Part shown: positions 20,577 through 29,599 of the stretch, one piece after another
How the letters are laid out: each line of letters starts with the position of its first letter
Numbering within the stretch: the first letter of the stretch is position 1
NCBI GenBank assembly: GCA_964571795.1
Contig: CAZNDK010000004.1
Span: 64,203-128,202, forward strand
Direction of reading: 5' to 3'
DNA: 64,000 bases
Source of the DNA: an uncultured Gemmatimonadaceae bacterium
GTDB taxonomy: Bacteria > Gemmatimonadota > Gemmatimonadetes > Gemmatimonadales > GWC2-71-9
Made by a program: the position numbers and the translations under genes
Notes under the pieces: model-generated
The model's input: only the letters and a program-made list of their open reading frames with translations
Told to the model about the DNA's origin: nothing
Databases searched by the model: none

Positions 20577-22056
20577 CGCCGCCCGGCGCGCCGCCGTCGT
20601 CCTCGCGCTGGCCCTGCTCCTCGGGGCGGCCCCGGCCGGCGCCCAGGCCCTCCAGAAGCGGATCGACACCCGGCTCGGCGCGCCGCCGCTCAATCGCAAC
20701 CTCTGGGGCGTCGTCCTCCTCGGGCCGGACGGCAAGCAGCTCTACGGCCGGAACGCGGACCGGATGTTCATCCCGGCCAGCAACACGAAGCTGGTGGTGG
20801 CGGCGGTGGCCGCCGCCCTGTTCCCGCCGGACTGGACCGTGAACACCAGCGTGTACGCCGACGGCCCCCTCGTGGGCGGCATCGTCGACGGGGACCTCGT
20901 CCTCTACGGGCGCGGCGACCCGACCATGGGCGCGCGGTGCTACGCGGTGGACACCACCGCGCCCGGCGCTTGCGACACCGATGCCTCCCAGCGGCTCCGC
21001 GTGCTGGCGGGGGCGCTCCGTGCCCGTGGCGTCACCACGGTCACCGGCGACCTGGTGGGCGACGGCAGCTGGTTCCAGGGCGACCTCGTCAACGGCGATT
21101 GGGAAGCTTACGACCTCAACTGGTGGTACGCCGCGCCCGTGTCCGGCCTCGGCTTCAACGACAACAGCATCGACTTCACCTACGCACCCGGCGCCGCCGT
21201 CGGGGCACCGGCCGCCATCAGCTTCACCCCGGACTTCGGGATGGTCGCCTTCGAGAACCGGACGCGCACCGTGCCGGCAGGCCAGCCGACGACCATCGAC
21301 TTCTACCGGGAACCCGGGACGCTTCGCGTCTGGGCCGAGGGCGACGTGGCGCTCGACTCCCGCGGCGGGAAGGAGTACTTCGCGCTTCCCGACCCCGACC
21401 TCTTCGCCGCCTGGGCGCTGCGGGCGGCGCTGGCCGACAGCGGCATCGCCGTGCTCGGGGCCACGCGCTCGACCACCGATTCCACGCAGTACCGCGCCGC
21501 CCGCGAGCGGGGTGCGCTCGCGGAGGTGGCATCGCGACCGCTGAAGGATTGGATCTTCCCGGTGCTCAACACCAGCCAGAACTGGTACGCCGAGATGCTG
21601 CTCAAGCAGCTCGGCCGCCAGTTCGGCGACGGCGGCTCGTGGCGGGGCGGACTCGCGGTGGAGCGCCGCTTCCTGATCGATTCGATGCGGGTGGATTCGC
21701 TGCAGTTCGCGCTGCGGGATGGCTCCGGACTGTCGAGCAGCAACCTGGTGTCCCCACAGGCCTTCGCCACGCTCCTCGCGTGGATGCGGCGCCACCCGCA
21801 CTTCGAGGCCTTCGCGGCCGGGCTGCCGCAATCCGGCCAGCGAGGGTCGCTCAAGTCGCGATTTGTTGGCACCCCGCTGGAGGGGAAGGTGCGCGCCAAG
21901 ACCGGAAGCATCAGCCGCGTCAACACCCTTTCAGGCTACATCGAGCTGCCCGGCCGCACGCTCGTCTTCTCGGTCGAGGCCAACAACCACACGCTCGGCG
22001 GCCGGGTGATGATCCCGCAGATCGACAGCCTGGTGGTCCAGATGGGGAAGAAGTAG
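20569..22056 (+). CDS. dacB: D-Ala-D-Ala carboxypeptidase/endopeptidase (PBP4, peptidase S13)
   Basis: PASNTK (SxxK), SQN (SxN), KTG motifs, DGSGLS; signal peptide. Confidence 0.93.
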   Translation: MTDAARRAAVVLALALLLGAAPAGAQALQKRIDTRLGAPPLNRNLWGVVLLGPDGKQLYGRNADRMFIPASNTKLVVAAVAAALFPPDWTVNTSVYADGPLVGGIVDGDLVLYGRGDPTMGARCYAVDTTAPGACDTDASQRLRVLAGALRARGVTTVTGDLVGDGSWFQGDLVNGDWEAYDLNWWYAAPVSGLGFNDNSIDFTYAPGAAVGAPAAISFTPDFGMVAFENRTRTVPAGQPTTIDFYREPGTLRVWAEGDVALDSRGGKEYFALPDPDLFAAWALRAALADSGIAVLGATRSTTDSTQYRAARERGALAEVASRPLKDWIFPVLNTSQNWYAEMLLKQLGRQFGDGGSWRGGLAVERRFLIDSMRVDSLQFALRDGSGLSSSNLVSPQAFATLLAWMRRHPHFEAFAAGLPQSGQRGSLKSRFVGTPLEGKVRAKTGSISRVNTLSGYIELPGRTLVFSVEANNHTLGGRVMIPQIDSLVVQMGKK

Positions 22057-22057
22057 A

Positions 22058-23446
22058 GTGGCGGCCGCGCCGCTGCGCATCGCGGTCGTCGGCGCCGGTC
22101 CCGCCGGGTTCTACGCCGCCGATCACTTGCTCAAGCAGGACCGGCCCGTTGCGGTGGACCTCTTCGACCGGCTGCCCACCCCGTTCGGCCTGGTGCGGGG
22201 CGGCGTCGCCCCCGACCACCCGAAGATCAAGTCCGTCACCCGCATCTATGACAAGGTGGCCGCCCACCCCGCCTTTCGCTTCTTCGGCAACGTGACGGCC
22301 GGGAAGGACCTCACCCCCGCGGAGATCGCGCGGCACTACCACGCCGTCGTCTGGGCGGTCGGCGCCGAGGCGGACCGGGCGCTCGACATTCCCGGTGAGT
22401 CGCTGCCCGGCAGCCACACCGCCACGGAGTTCGTCGGCTGGTACAACGGGCACCCGGACTACCAGGACCGCCAGTTCGACCTGACCCAGGAGGCGGCCGC
22501 CGTCGTCGGCGTGGGCAACGTCGCCATGGACGTGACGCGCATTCTGGCGAGCGACCCGGAGGAACTGGCCGCCACCGACATCGCGGCTTCGGCGCTGGCG
22601 GCGCTGCGGGCCAGCCGGGTGCGGACCATCTACCTCCTCGGACGTCGCGGACCCGCGCAAGCGGCGTTCACCAATCCCGAACTCAAGGAGTTCGGCGAAC
22701 TGGCCCAAGCCGACGTAGTCGTGCGGCCCGAGGACCTCGAACTCGACCCGGCCACCCGCGCGTCGCTGGAGGCGGCCCCCGACCGCGAGGCGGAGAAGAA
22801 CCTCAAGACCCTCCACGCGCTCGCGGAGCGCGGCATCCTTGGGAGGCCGCGGCGGATCGTGCTCATGTTTCGAACGTCCCCCGTCCGGATCGAGGGCGAT
22901 GGCCGGGTCGAGCGGCTGGTCGTCGGCAGCAACCGGCTGGAGGCCGGCCCGCGCGGCGTGCAGGCGGTGCCGACCGGGGCGGAAGAGACGCTGCCCGTCG
23001 GGCTGGTGTTCCGGTCGGTGGGGTACCGCGCGCTGCCCGTGCCGGGACTCCCGTTCGACGCGAAGCGCGCCGTCATGCCGAACGAGCGGGGGCGCGTGCT
23101 GGCCGCGGAGGGAGGGCCTGCGGTTCCCGGGTGCTACGTGGCGGGATGGATCAAGCGGGGCCCGAGCGGGGTCATCGGCACCAACAAGCCCGACGCCGTG
23201 GAGACCGTCACCTGCCTCCTCGAGGACGCCGACCTCGGCGTGCTGCCGGAGGCGGCGGAGCCGTCGCCCGACGCGATCGAGGCGCTGTTGCGCGGCCGGG
23301 GCATCGAGGCCGTCACCTGGCGCGACTGGCAGGCGCTGGACGCGCACGAGACGAACGCCGGCGGCTCCAGGAAGGCGCCAAGGGAAAAAGTCACCGACGT
23401 CGGCGAGATGCTGGCCATCATTCGGCGCGCGAGGCAGGCCCCATGA
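22058..23446 (+). CDS. Ferredoxin-NADP+ reductase (FprA / adrenodoxin reductase type)
   Basis: GAGPAGFY, PFGLVRGGVAPDH, GVGNVAMD, GWIKRGPSGVIGTN. Confidence 0.92.
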   Translation: MAAAPLRIAVVGAGPAGFYAADHLLKQDRPVAVDLFDRLPTPFGLVRGGVAPDHPKIKSVTRIYDKVAAHPAFRFFGNVTAGKDLTPAEIARHYHAVVWAVGAEADRALDIPGESLPGSHTATEFVGWYNGHPDYQDRQFDLTQEAAAVVGVGNVAMDVTRILASDPEELAATDIAASALAALRASRVRTIYLLGRRGPAQAAFTNPELKEFGELAQADVVVRPEDLELDPATRASLEAAPDREAEKNLKTLHALAERGILGRPRRIVLMFRTSPVRIEGDGRVERLVVGSNRLEAGPRGVQAVPTGAEETLPVGLVFRSVGYRALPVPGLPFDAKRAVMPNERGRVLAAEGGPAVPGCYVAGWIKRGPSGVIGTNKPDAVETVTCLLEDADLGVLPEAAEPSPDAIEALLRGRGIEAVTWRDWQALDAHETNAGGSRKAPREKVTDVGEMLAIIRRARQAP

Positions 23447-23988
23447 AGATATACACGCGAACCGGCGACGAGGGCGACACCGGGCTGTTCGGCGGCGGGC
23501 GAGTGCCCAAGGACCACCCCCGCGTGGCGGCCTACGGCGACGTCGACGAGCTCAACGCCGTGCTCGGCGTGGCGCGCGCCACCGCGCCAGGGGCGGATTC
23601 CGACACCCTGCTCGAACAGGTGCAGCGGGACCTCTTCAGCATCGGCGGCTACCTCGCCACACCGGACCCGTCCCGGGTGGCCGCCGCGCTCGCGAAGGCG
23701 GAACTGCCGGCCACGCGCATCCAGGAATTCGAGCGGGCCATCGACGCCGCCGACGCCGAGCTCCCGCCGCTCAAGGCCTTCGTATTGCCGGCCGGCACGC
23801 CGCACGCCGCCGCCCTGCACCACGCGCGGACTGTCTGTCGGCGGGCCGAGCGGAGCGTCGTCCACCTGGCGCACGAGAGCGAAGTCCCGGGGTTGTTCAT
23901 CATCTACCTCAACCGGCTCTCCGACCTGCTCTTCACGCTGGCCCGCCTGACCAACCACCGGTCCGGCGTGGCCGACGACACCTGGTAG
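23443..23988 (+). CDS. Cob(I)alamin adenosyltransferase, PduO type
   Basis: MKIYTRTGDEG, YGDVDELN, RTVCRRAER, YLNRLSD. Confidence 0.94.
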   Translation: MKIYTRTGDEGDTGLFGGGRVPKDHPRVAAYGDVDELNAVLGVARATAPGADSDTLLEQVQRDLFSIGGYLATPDPSRVAAALAKAELPATRIQEFERAIDAADAELPPLKAFVLPAGTPHAAALHHARTVCRRAERSVVHLAHESEVPGLFIIYLNRLSDLLFTLARLTNHRSGVADDTW

Positions 23989-23990
23989 TC

Positions 23991-25082
23991 GTGCCCGACT
24001 TCCGCATCACCCACGCGCTCGGCAGCTATCCGGTGCACGTTGCCCCGGGCGCCCTGGACGAGCTCCCCGCCCTCGTCGCGCGGCTCTGGCCGACTCGCCG
24101 GGTGGCGGTCATCACCGACGACACCGTGGGAGCACTGCTCGCCGACCGCCTGGCCGGAGGGCCGTGGGCGCTCGTCCTGTCGGTGCCCGCGGGCGAGGCG
24201 TCGAAGACACGCGCCCGGTGGGAGGCGCTGACCGACGCGCTCTTCGCGGGGGGCTTCTCGCGCGATTCGGCGATCGTGGCGCTCGGCGGCGGGATGGTCG
24301 GCGACCTGGCCGGCTTCGTGGCCGCCACCTATGCCCGGGGCATCCCGTTCCTGCACGTTCCCACCACGTTGCTTGCCATGGTGGATTCCTCGGTGGGTGG
24401 CAAGACCGGCGTGGATACCGCGCACGGCAAGAACCTGGTGGGGGCGTTCCATCCTCCAGCCGCCGTCCTGGCCGATCCGCTCGCGCTGCAGTCGCTCCCG
24501 CCGCAGCACCTCCGCGGGGGCCTGGCCGAGATGGCGAAGCACGGGCTGATCGCTGACGCCGCGTATTGGCGCGAGCTGGGGCAATCCGCCGCCGAGCTCA
24601 AGGCGCGGGAACCGGCGGTGCTGACCCACTTCATCGCCCGGAGCGTGGAGATCAAGGCCGCGGTGGTCATGGAGGACGAGCGGGAGGGCGGCCGCCGCGC
24701 CGTGCTGAACGCGGGGCACACGGTGGCGCACGCGGTGGAGCACGCCTCGGGCTTCGGGATACCGCACGGCGACGCGGTGGCGATTGGGCTCGTGGCCGAG
24801 GCCCACCTCGCCGAGTCGGTGGGCGTGGCGGTGCCGGGGCTCGCGGCCGAAATCACCGCCGGGCTCCGTCGATTCTCCCTGCCGACTCGGCTCTCGCTCG
24901 AACTCGATGCGAACCAGCTGCTCGAGGCGATGCGGCTCGACAAGAAACGCGCGGGCACCGAGCTCCGCTTCGCCTTGCCGCACGATATTGGCGAGATGGC
25001 ACGGGACGGCGATCGCTGGACGATCGCAGTGCAAGACGCATCCGCGATTGTGCACGCGCTCCGCAGCGCCGGCGCCGCCTGA
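23991..25082 (+). CDS. aroB: 3-dehydroquinate synthase
   Basis: GEASK, GGGMVGDLAGF, PTTLLAMVDSSVGGKTG, KNLVGAF, LNAGHT, HGDAVA. Confidence 0.95.
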   Translation: MPDFRITHALGSYPVHVAPGALDELPALVARLWPTRRVAVITDDTVGALLADRLAGGPWALVLSVPAGEASKTRARWEALTDALFAGGFSRDSAIVALGGGMVGDLAGFVAATYARGIPFLHVPTTLLAMVDSSVGGKTGVDTAHGKNLVGAFHPPAAVLADPLALQSLPPQHLRGGLAEMAKHGLIADAAYWRELGQSAAELKAREPAVLTHFIARSVEIKAAVVMEDEREGGRRAVLNAGHTVAHAVEHASGFGIPHGDAVAIGLVAEAHLAESVGVAVPGLAAEITAGLRRFSLPTRLSLELDANQLLEAMRLDKKRAGTELRFALPHDIGEMARDGDRWTIAVQDASAIVHALRSAGAA

Positions 25083-25124
25083 ATCCACAGTCATCCACAT
25101 TCATCATTTTTCGTGTTGATCGGC

Positions 25125-25147
25125 AAGTTATTGCAATGCAATAGCTT
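25125..25147. promoter_or_regulatory. Imperfect AT-rich palindrome upstream of the sigma factor gene
   Basis: AAGTTATTGCA-A-TGCAATAGCTT (10/11 arm match). Confidence 0.5.
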
Positions 25148-25253
25148 ACTGATATTTATCAACCTGACGGAGCTCGGGCGCCGGAGGCTCGAGTGGAGGA
25201 AATCCGCAACTCATTTCAATGGTTGTTTTTGTGATGTGGAAAGAATTTTTCGC

Positions 25254-25282
25254 TTGACCAGTTTCTAGGCGTGTCCTATATT
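25254..25282 (+). promoter_or_regulatory. Sigma70-type promoter of the sigma factor gene
   Basis: TTGACC-N17-TATATT preceded by an A/T-rich UP-like tract. Confidence 0.75.
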
Positions 25283-25367
25283 CGCACACTCGACGGCACG
25301 CCTCCCGCCGTTCGCTCCGCCAACATGACCAATGTGCTCGTTCGCGCCACGACCCACGGGGATCGCC

Positions 25368-26261
25368 ATGGCTCACGGTAGTGCCACCAAGGCAAAGGCC
25401 CTCTTTCGCGCCGTGCCGACTGGGGCCTTCGACCAGTACCTTCACGACATCCAGAAGCTCCCGATGATCTCCGACCCCGCGGAGGAGAAGCGACTGGCCA
25501 GGCTGGCGCAGGCCGGCGACGAGAAGGCCGCGGAGCGACTCGTCACCGCCAATCTCCGGTTCGTGATCTCCTACGTGAAGAAGTACCAGGGGCACGGGCT
25601 CGACCTCTCCGAACTGGTGGCCATCGGCAACGAGGGACTCCTGAAGGCGGTTCGCAAGTTCGATCCCGATCACGGCGTGAAGTTCATCTCGTATGCCGTG
25701 TGGTGGGTGCGCCAGGCGGTCCTGAAGGCCCTCGCCGAGCAGACCCGCAGCGTCCGCATCCCGCTCAACCAGAATTCGGCCCTGATCAAGATGTCGCGTG
25801 CCGAGAGCTTCCTGGCCCAGGAAATGGGGCGGGAGCCGACCGATCGCGAGGTGGCCACGGCGCTCAACGATTCGGTCGAGAACGTCCGCCTGGCCCGCCG
25901 AATGAGTTCGGGAGAATTGTCGCTCGACGCGCCGGTCGAGCGGAGCGACCGTGGCTCCAGTACCTTCGGGGAGCGGTTCCCGGGCACCGGCGGCTCCGAC
26001 ATCGAGGAGCAGACCGACGCACGGCTCACCCGGGAATTCATCGACCGGCTCTTCGACCAGTATCTCACCCCCCGTGAACGGAAGATCCTCTACCTCTATT
26101 ACGGCCTCGAAGAGGGCTCCGACGCCCTCACCCTCGAGCGCATCGGCGAGCTGCTCGGCGTCACACGCGAGCGGATCCGCCAGATCCGCGAGCGCGCCTT
26201 CGAGAAGCTGCGCCAGGCCCCCGACGTGAAGGGCCTCAACGGGATGTGGGGCGCGGCGTAA
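25368..26261 (+). CDS. RNA polymerase sigma-70 factor (RpoD/SigA-like, lacking region 1.1)
   Basis: DQYLHDI (1.2), ANLRFV, KFDPDHGVKFISYAVWWVRQ (2.3-2.4), SLDAPV, TLERIG..TRERIRQI (4.2). Confidence 0.92.
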   Translation: MAHGSATKAKALFRAVPTGAFDQYLHDIQKLPMISDPAEEKRLARLAQAGDEKAAERLVTANLRFVISYVKKYQGHGLDLSELVAIGNEGLLKAVRKFDPDHGVKFISYAVWWVRQAVLKALAEQTRSVRIPLNQNSALIKMSRAESFLAQEMGREPTDREVATALNDSVENVRLARRMSSGELSLDAPVERSDRGSSTFGERFPGTGGSDIEEQTDARLTREFIDRLFDQYLTPRERKILYLYYGLEEGSDALTLERIGELLGVTRERIRQIRERAFEKLRQAPDVKGLNGMWGAA

Positions 26262-26310
26262 GCCGGCCCGTCCTCCCGCCTCCGCCGCGGGCATTGCGCT
26301 AGATTCCGGC

Positions 26311-26976
26311 ATGCCCTCCCGGCTCCCGCTCTTCCCGCTCGATGTGGTGCTCTTTCCGGGAACCCCGCTCCCGCTCCACATCTTCGAGCCCCGCTACCGC
26401 ACGATGCTGGCCGACTGCCTCAAGGGGGACGAGCGCTTTGGCTTGCTGCCGCCTGACCGGGACGGCAGTCCGCCCCGCGCGGGGACGGTCGGCTGCGTGG
26501 CCCGGGTGCGCGCCGCGCACCAGCTCCCCGACGGCCGCTCGAACATCGTCGTCGTCGGCGAACGCCGGTTCCTCCTCCGCCAGTCCCTCGCCGGTGAGAC
26601 CCCCTACCTGATCGGCCTGGTCGACACGTTCGACGACCTCGCCGGGCCGGACGTACCCGTCGAATCGCTCGCCGCGCTCCGGGAAGTGGCCTCCACCTAC
26701 CTCGGCGCCATGGAAGCGCTGGGCGGCGGGGGCGAGCACACCCCATGGGCCGACGACGCGGAGGCGCTCACCTTCCAGGTGGCGGCGGCGGTGGATTTCG
26801 AGTTCGAGGTCAAGCGGCGACTCCTGGAAATGCGGACCGCCTCCGAGCGGGTGGCGCTCCTCCTGGACCTGCTGCCGCCGCTCGCCAGCGAGGCCGCCAG
26901 CCGGGCCCGGGTCCACGCCCGCGCCCGCAGCAACGGAAAGGGCGGCCCCCACCCCGACATCGCCGTCGCCACGTGA
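26311..26976 (+). CDS. Lon substrate-binding (Lon-N) domain protein
   Basis: LPLFPL.VVLFPG..LPLHIFEPRY, DGRSNI; no AAA+ or protease domain. Confidence 0.9.
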   Translation: MPSRLPLFPLDVVLFPGTPLPLHIFEPRYRTMLADCLKGDERFGLLPPDRDGSPPRAGTVGCVARVRAAHQLPDGRSNIVVVGERRFLLRQSLAGETPYLIGLVDTFDDLAGPDVPVESLAALREVASTYLGAMEALGGGGEHTPWADDAEALTFQVAAAVDFEFEVKRRLLEMRTASERVALLLDLLPPLASEAASRARVHARARSNGKGGPHPDIAVAT

Positions 26977-28388
26977 GCCAGGCGCTCGCGGCGGAACTCG
27001 GGCGGATCGTGGGACCGCGCTGGGTCCGCACCAGGCCCTCCGAGCTCACCGCGTATGAAGCCGACGGCCTCCCCACGCACGCCTCTCGCCCCGCCATCGC
27101 GGTGCTCCCCGGCACCCGCACCGAACTCATCGCCGTCATCCGCCTGCTGCACGTGGCCGCCGTGCCCTTCGTGGCCCGCGGGGCCGGCACCGGTCTCTCA
27201 GGGGGGGCCCTGGCCGCGCCCGACGCCGTGCTGGTGGTCCTGACCCGGCTCAACCGGATTCTCCACCTCGACCCGACGCGCCGGCGTGCGGTGGTCGAAC
27301 CGGGCGTCGTGAACGCCCGGCTCTCCGACGCCGCGGAGCCCCACGGCCTCTACTATGCTCCCGACCCCTCCAGCCAGAGCGCCTGCACCCTGGGCGGCAA
27401 CGTGGCGGAGAACGCCGGCGGACCCCACTGCCTCAAGTACGGCGTCACCACCAACCATGTGGTCGCGCTGGAGGTGCTGCTGCCCGACGGGCGGGTGGTC
27501 CGCCTCGGATCTCGAAGCGGCGAGAGCTGGGGACCGGACCTGGTCGGGCTCTTCGTGGGCAGCGAAGGCATGTTCGGCATCGCCACCGAAATCACACTGC
27601 GGCTCGAGCCGCTGCCCGCCTCCGTGCGCACCCTGCTCGCCGCCTTCCCGTCCATCCGCGCCGCCAGCGAGGCGGTGAGCGGGATCATCGCCGCCGGCAT
27701 CGTGCCGGCCGCGATGGAAATGATGGACCAGGCCTGCGTGCGGGCAGTGGAAGCGTCCATCTACGCGGCGGGCTACCCCGCCGATGCCGCGGCCGTGCTC
27801 CTCGTGGAGGTCGATGGCGCTCCCGGGGCCGTGCAGGCCGAGGCGGACCAGGTCGAGGCGCTCCTCCTCCGGCACCGTGCCACCGAAGTCCGGCGTGCCG
27901 ATACGCCCGCGGAGCGCGTCCGCCTCTGGCAGGGGCGGAAGAAGGCCTTCGGGGCCATGGGCCGGATCGCGCCCGACCTCGCGGTCCAGGACGCAGTGGT
28001 CCCGCGCAGCGCCCTGCCCGACGTCCTCGACCAGGTGGCGGCCATCGCCGCACGGTACGACCTGCGGGTGGCCAACGTCTTCCACGCCGGCGACGGCAAT
28101 CTCCATCCGAACATCAGCTTCGACGGCCGGGACCCCGCCGTCGTGGCCCGCGTGCGCGCGGCGAACCACGACATCATGCACGCCTGCCTCGCGGTGGGCG
28201 GGAGCATCACCGGTGAGCACGGCGTCGGCAGCGACAAGCTGGAGTACATGCCGGACGCGTTCGACGCCGAGACCCTGGGGGCCATGCGCGCGGTGCGGCT
28301 GGTCTTCGATCCGGCGTCCCGCGCCAACCCCGGCAAGGTGCTCCCGAGCCACGCCTGCCGTGAATGGCGCCGCGGGGCCGTGGCATGA
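26973..28388 (+). CDS. glcD: Glycolate oxidase FAD subunit
   Basis: RGAGTGLSGG, PDPSS..CTLGGN, GGPHCLKYG, GSEG, HAGDGNLHP, GEHGVG. Confidence 0.88.
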   Translation: MSQALAAELGRIVGPRWVRTRPSELTAYEADGLPTHASRPAIAVLPGTRTELIAVIRLLHVAAVPFVARGAGTGLSGGALAAPDAVLVVLTRLNRILHLDPTRRRAVVEPGVVNARLSDAAEPHGLYYAPDPSSQSACTLGGNVAENAGGPHCLKYGVTTNHVVALEVLLPDGRVVRLGSRSGESWGPDLVGLFVGSEGMFGIATEITLRLEPLPASVRTLLAAFPSIRAASEAVSGIIAAGIVPAAMEMMDQACVRAVEASIYAAGYPADAAAVLLVEVDGAPGAVQAEADQVEALLLRHRATEVRRADTPAERVRLWQGRKKAFGAMGRIAPDLAVQDAVVPRSALPDVLDQVAAIAARYDLRVANVFHAGDGNLHPNISFDGRDPAVVARVRAANHDIMHACLAVGGSITGEHGVGSDKLEYMPDAFDAETLGAMRAVRLVFDPASRANPGKVLPSHACREWRRGAVA

Positions 28389-29599
28389 ACCCGGGCGTCC
28401 TCGACCGTCTGCGTGCCCTCCTCGGCGTCGCCGCCGTGAGCCGCGATCCCGACGGGGTGCCGCGTGCGGTGCCCGACTCGGTGGACGCACTGGCCGCCAC
28501 GCTGCGGCTCGTCGACGAAGCCGGGTGGCGGGTCCGCCTCGAGGGGCACGGCAGCTGGGTGCCGCCCGACGCCAGGGCCGACCTGGCGCTCACCACCCGC
28601 GGCCTCGACCGGATCGTCGCGGTGCATCCCGCCGACCTCGTGGCCACCGTCGAGGGCGGCGTGCCGATGGACGCGCTGCAGCGGCGCCTCGCCGCCGACG
28701 GGATGTGGCTCCCGCTCGACCCGCCTGGGCGCCCGGAGCGCACCATCGGGTCGGTCGTCGCGACTGCCACCGCCGGGGCGCTCCGTGCCGGATTCGGCCC
28801 GGTACGCGACCACGTCCTCGGCTGCACCGCGGTGACCGGCGACGGCCGGGTCATTCGCCCGGGCGGCACCGTCGTCAAGAACGTGGCGGGCTACGACCTG
28901 ACCAAGCTGCAGGTCGGCGGCTTCGGCGCCTTCGGCGTCCTCACCACGCTGCACCTGCGGCTCCGCGCCCGGCCCGCCGCAGACATCACGCTCCTCTCGC
29001 GCGCGCCGCGCGACCACCTGACCAGCGCGGCGCGCGATCTCGAGGAGGCCGGTGCCTCCTTCTCCGCGCTCGAGCTCTTCTCGCCGACGGTGGCGGCCGA
29101 GGCCGACTGGTTGCTCGCCGCGCGCTGCACCGGCTCGGAGGCCGGCGTGGCCGGCGACCGTGCCCTGCTGCTGGATACGACCGGGCTCTCGTGGACCGAA
29201 CTGGACCCCGACCGTGCCCACGCCTTCTGGCACCTGGTGACTCACGCCGGCAGCGGGGCGGCGGTGACCCTCCGGCTCGGGGTGCTCGCCCCCGGACTCG
29301 ACGAGTTGCTCGACCTGGTGGGGCAGCAGCTCGACGAGGGGCTGATCTGGGCGGGGGCCTCGCACGGCGGCCTGCGCTGGGCGGGCGACGCATCGCCTGA
29401 CCAGCTCCGGACCCTGCGCAACCTGGCCGCGGCGCGCGAGGTCCCGCTGACGCTCGAGCGCGCCCCGTGGGCCACCCGGCAGGCGGTGGGGCACTTCGGC
29501 GCGTACCGGGAAGGCGTGGGACCGCTCGTGGCCCAGCTGCGCGAGGTGTTCGATCCGTCCGGGCGGCTCGTCGTCGCGATGGACGGGGCAGACTCGTGA
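28385..29599 (+). CDS. glcE: Glycolate oxidase FAD-binding subunit
   Basis: GG.VVKNVAGYDLTKL signature; lies between glcD and glcF. Confidence 0.85.
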   Translation: MNPGVLDRLRALLGVAAVSRDPDGVPRAVPDSVDALAATLRLVDEAGWRVRLEGHGSWVPPDARADLALTTRGLDRIVAVHPADLVATVEGGVPMDALQRRLAADGMWLPLDPPGRPERTIGSVVATATAGALRAGFGPVRDHVLGCTAVTGDGRVIRPGGTVVKNVAGYDLTKLQVGGFGAFGVLTTLHLRLRARPAADITLLSRAPRDHLTSAARDLEEAGASFSALELFSPTVAAEADWLLAARCTGSEAGVAGDRALLLDTTGLSWTELDPDRAHAFWHLVTHAGSGAAVTLRLGVLAPGLDELLDLVGQQLDEGLIWAGASHGGLRWAGDASPDQLRTLRNLAAAREVPLTLERAPWATRQAVGHFGAYREGVGPLVAQLREVFDPSGRLVVAMDGADS

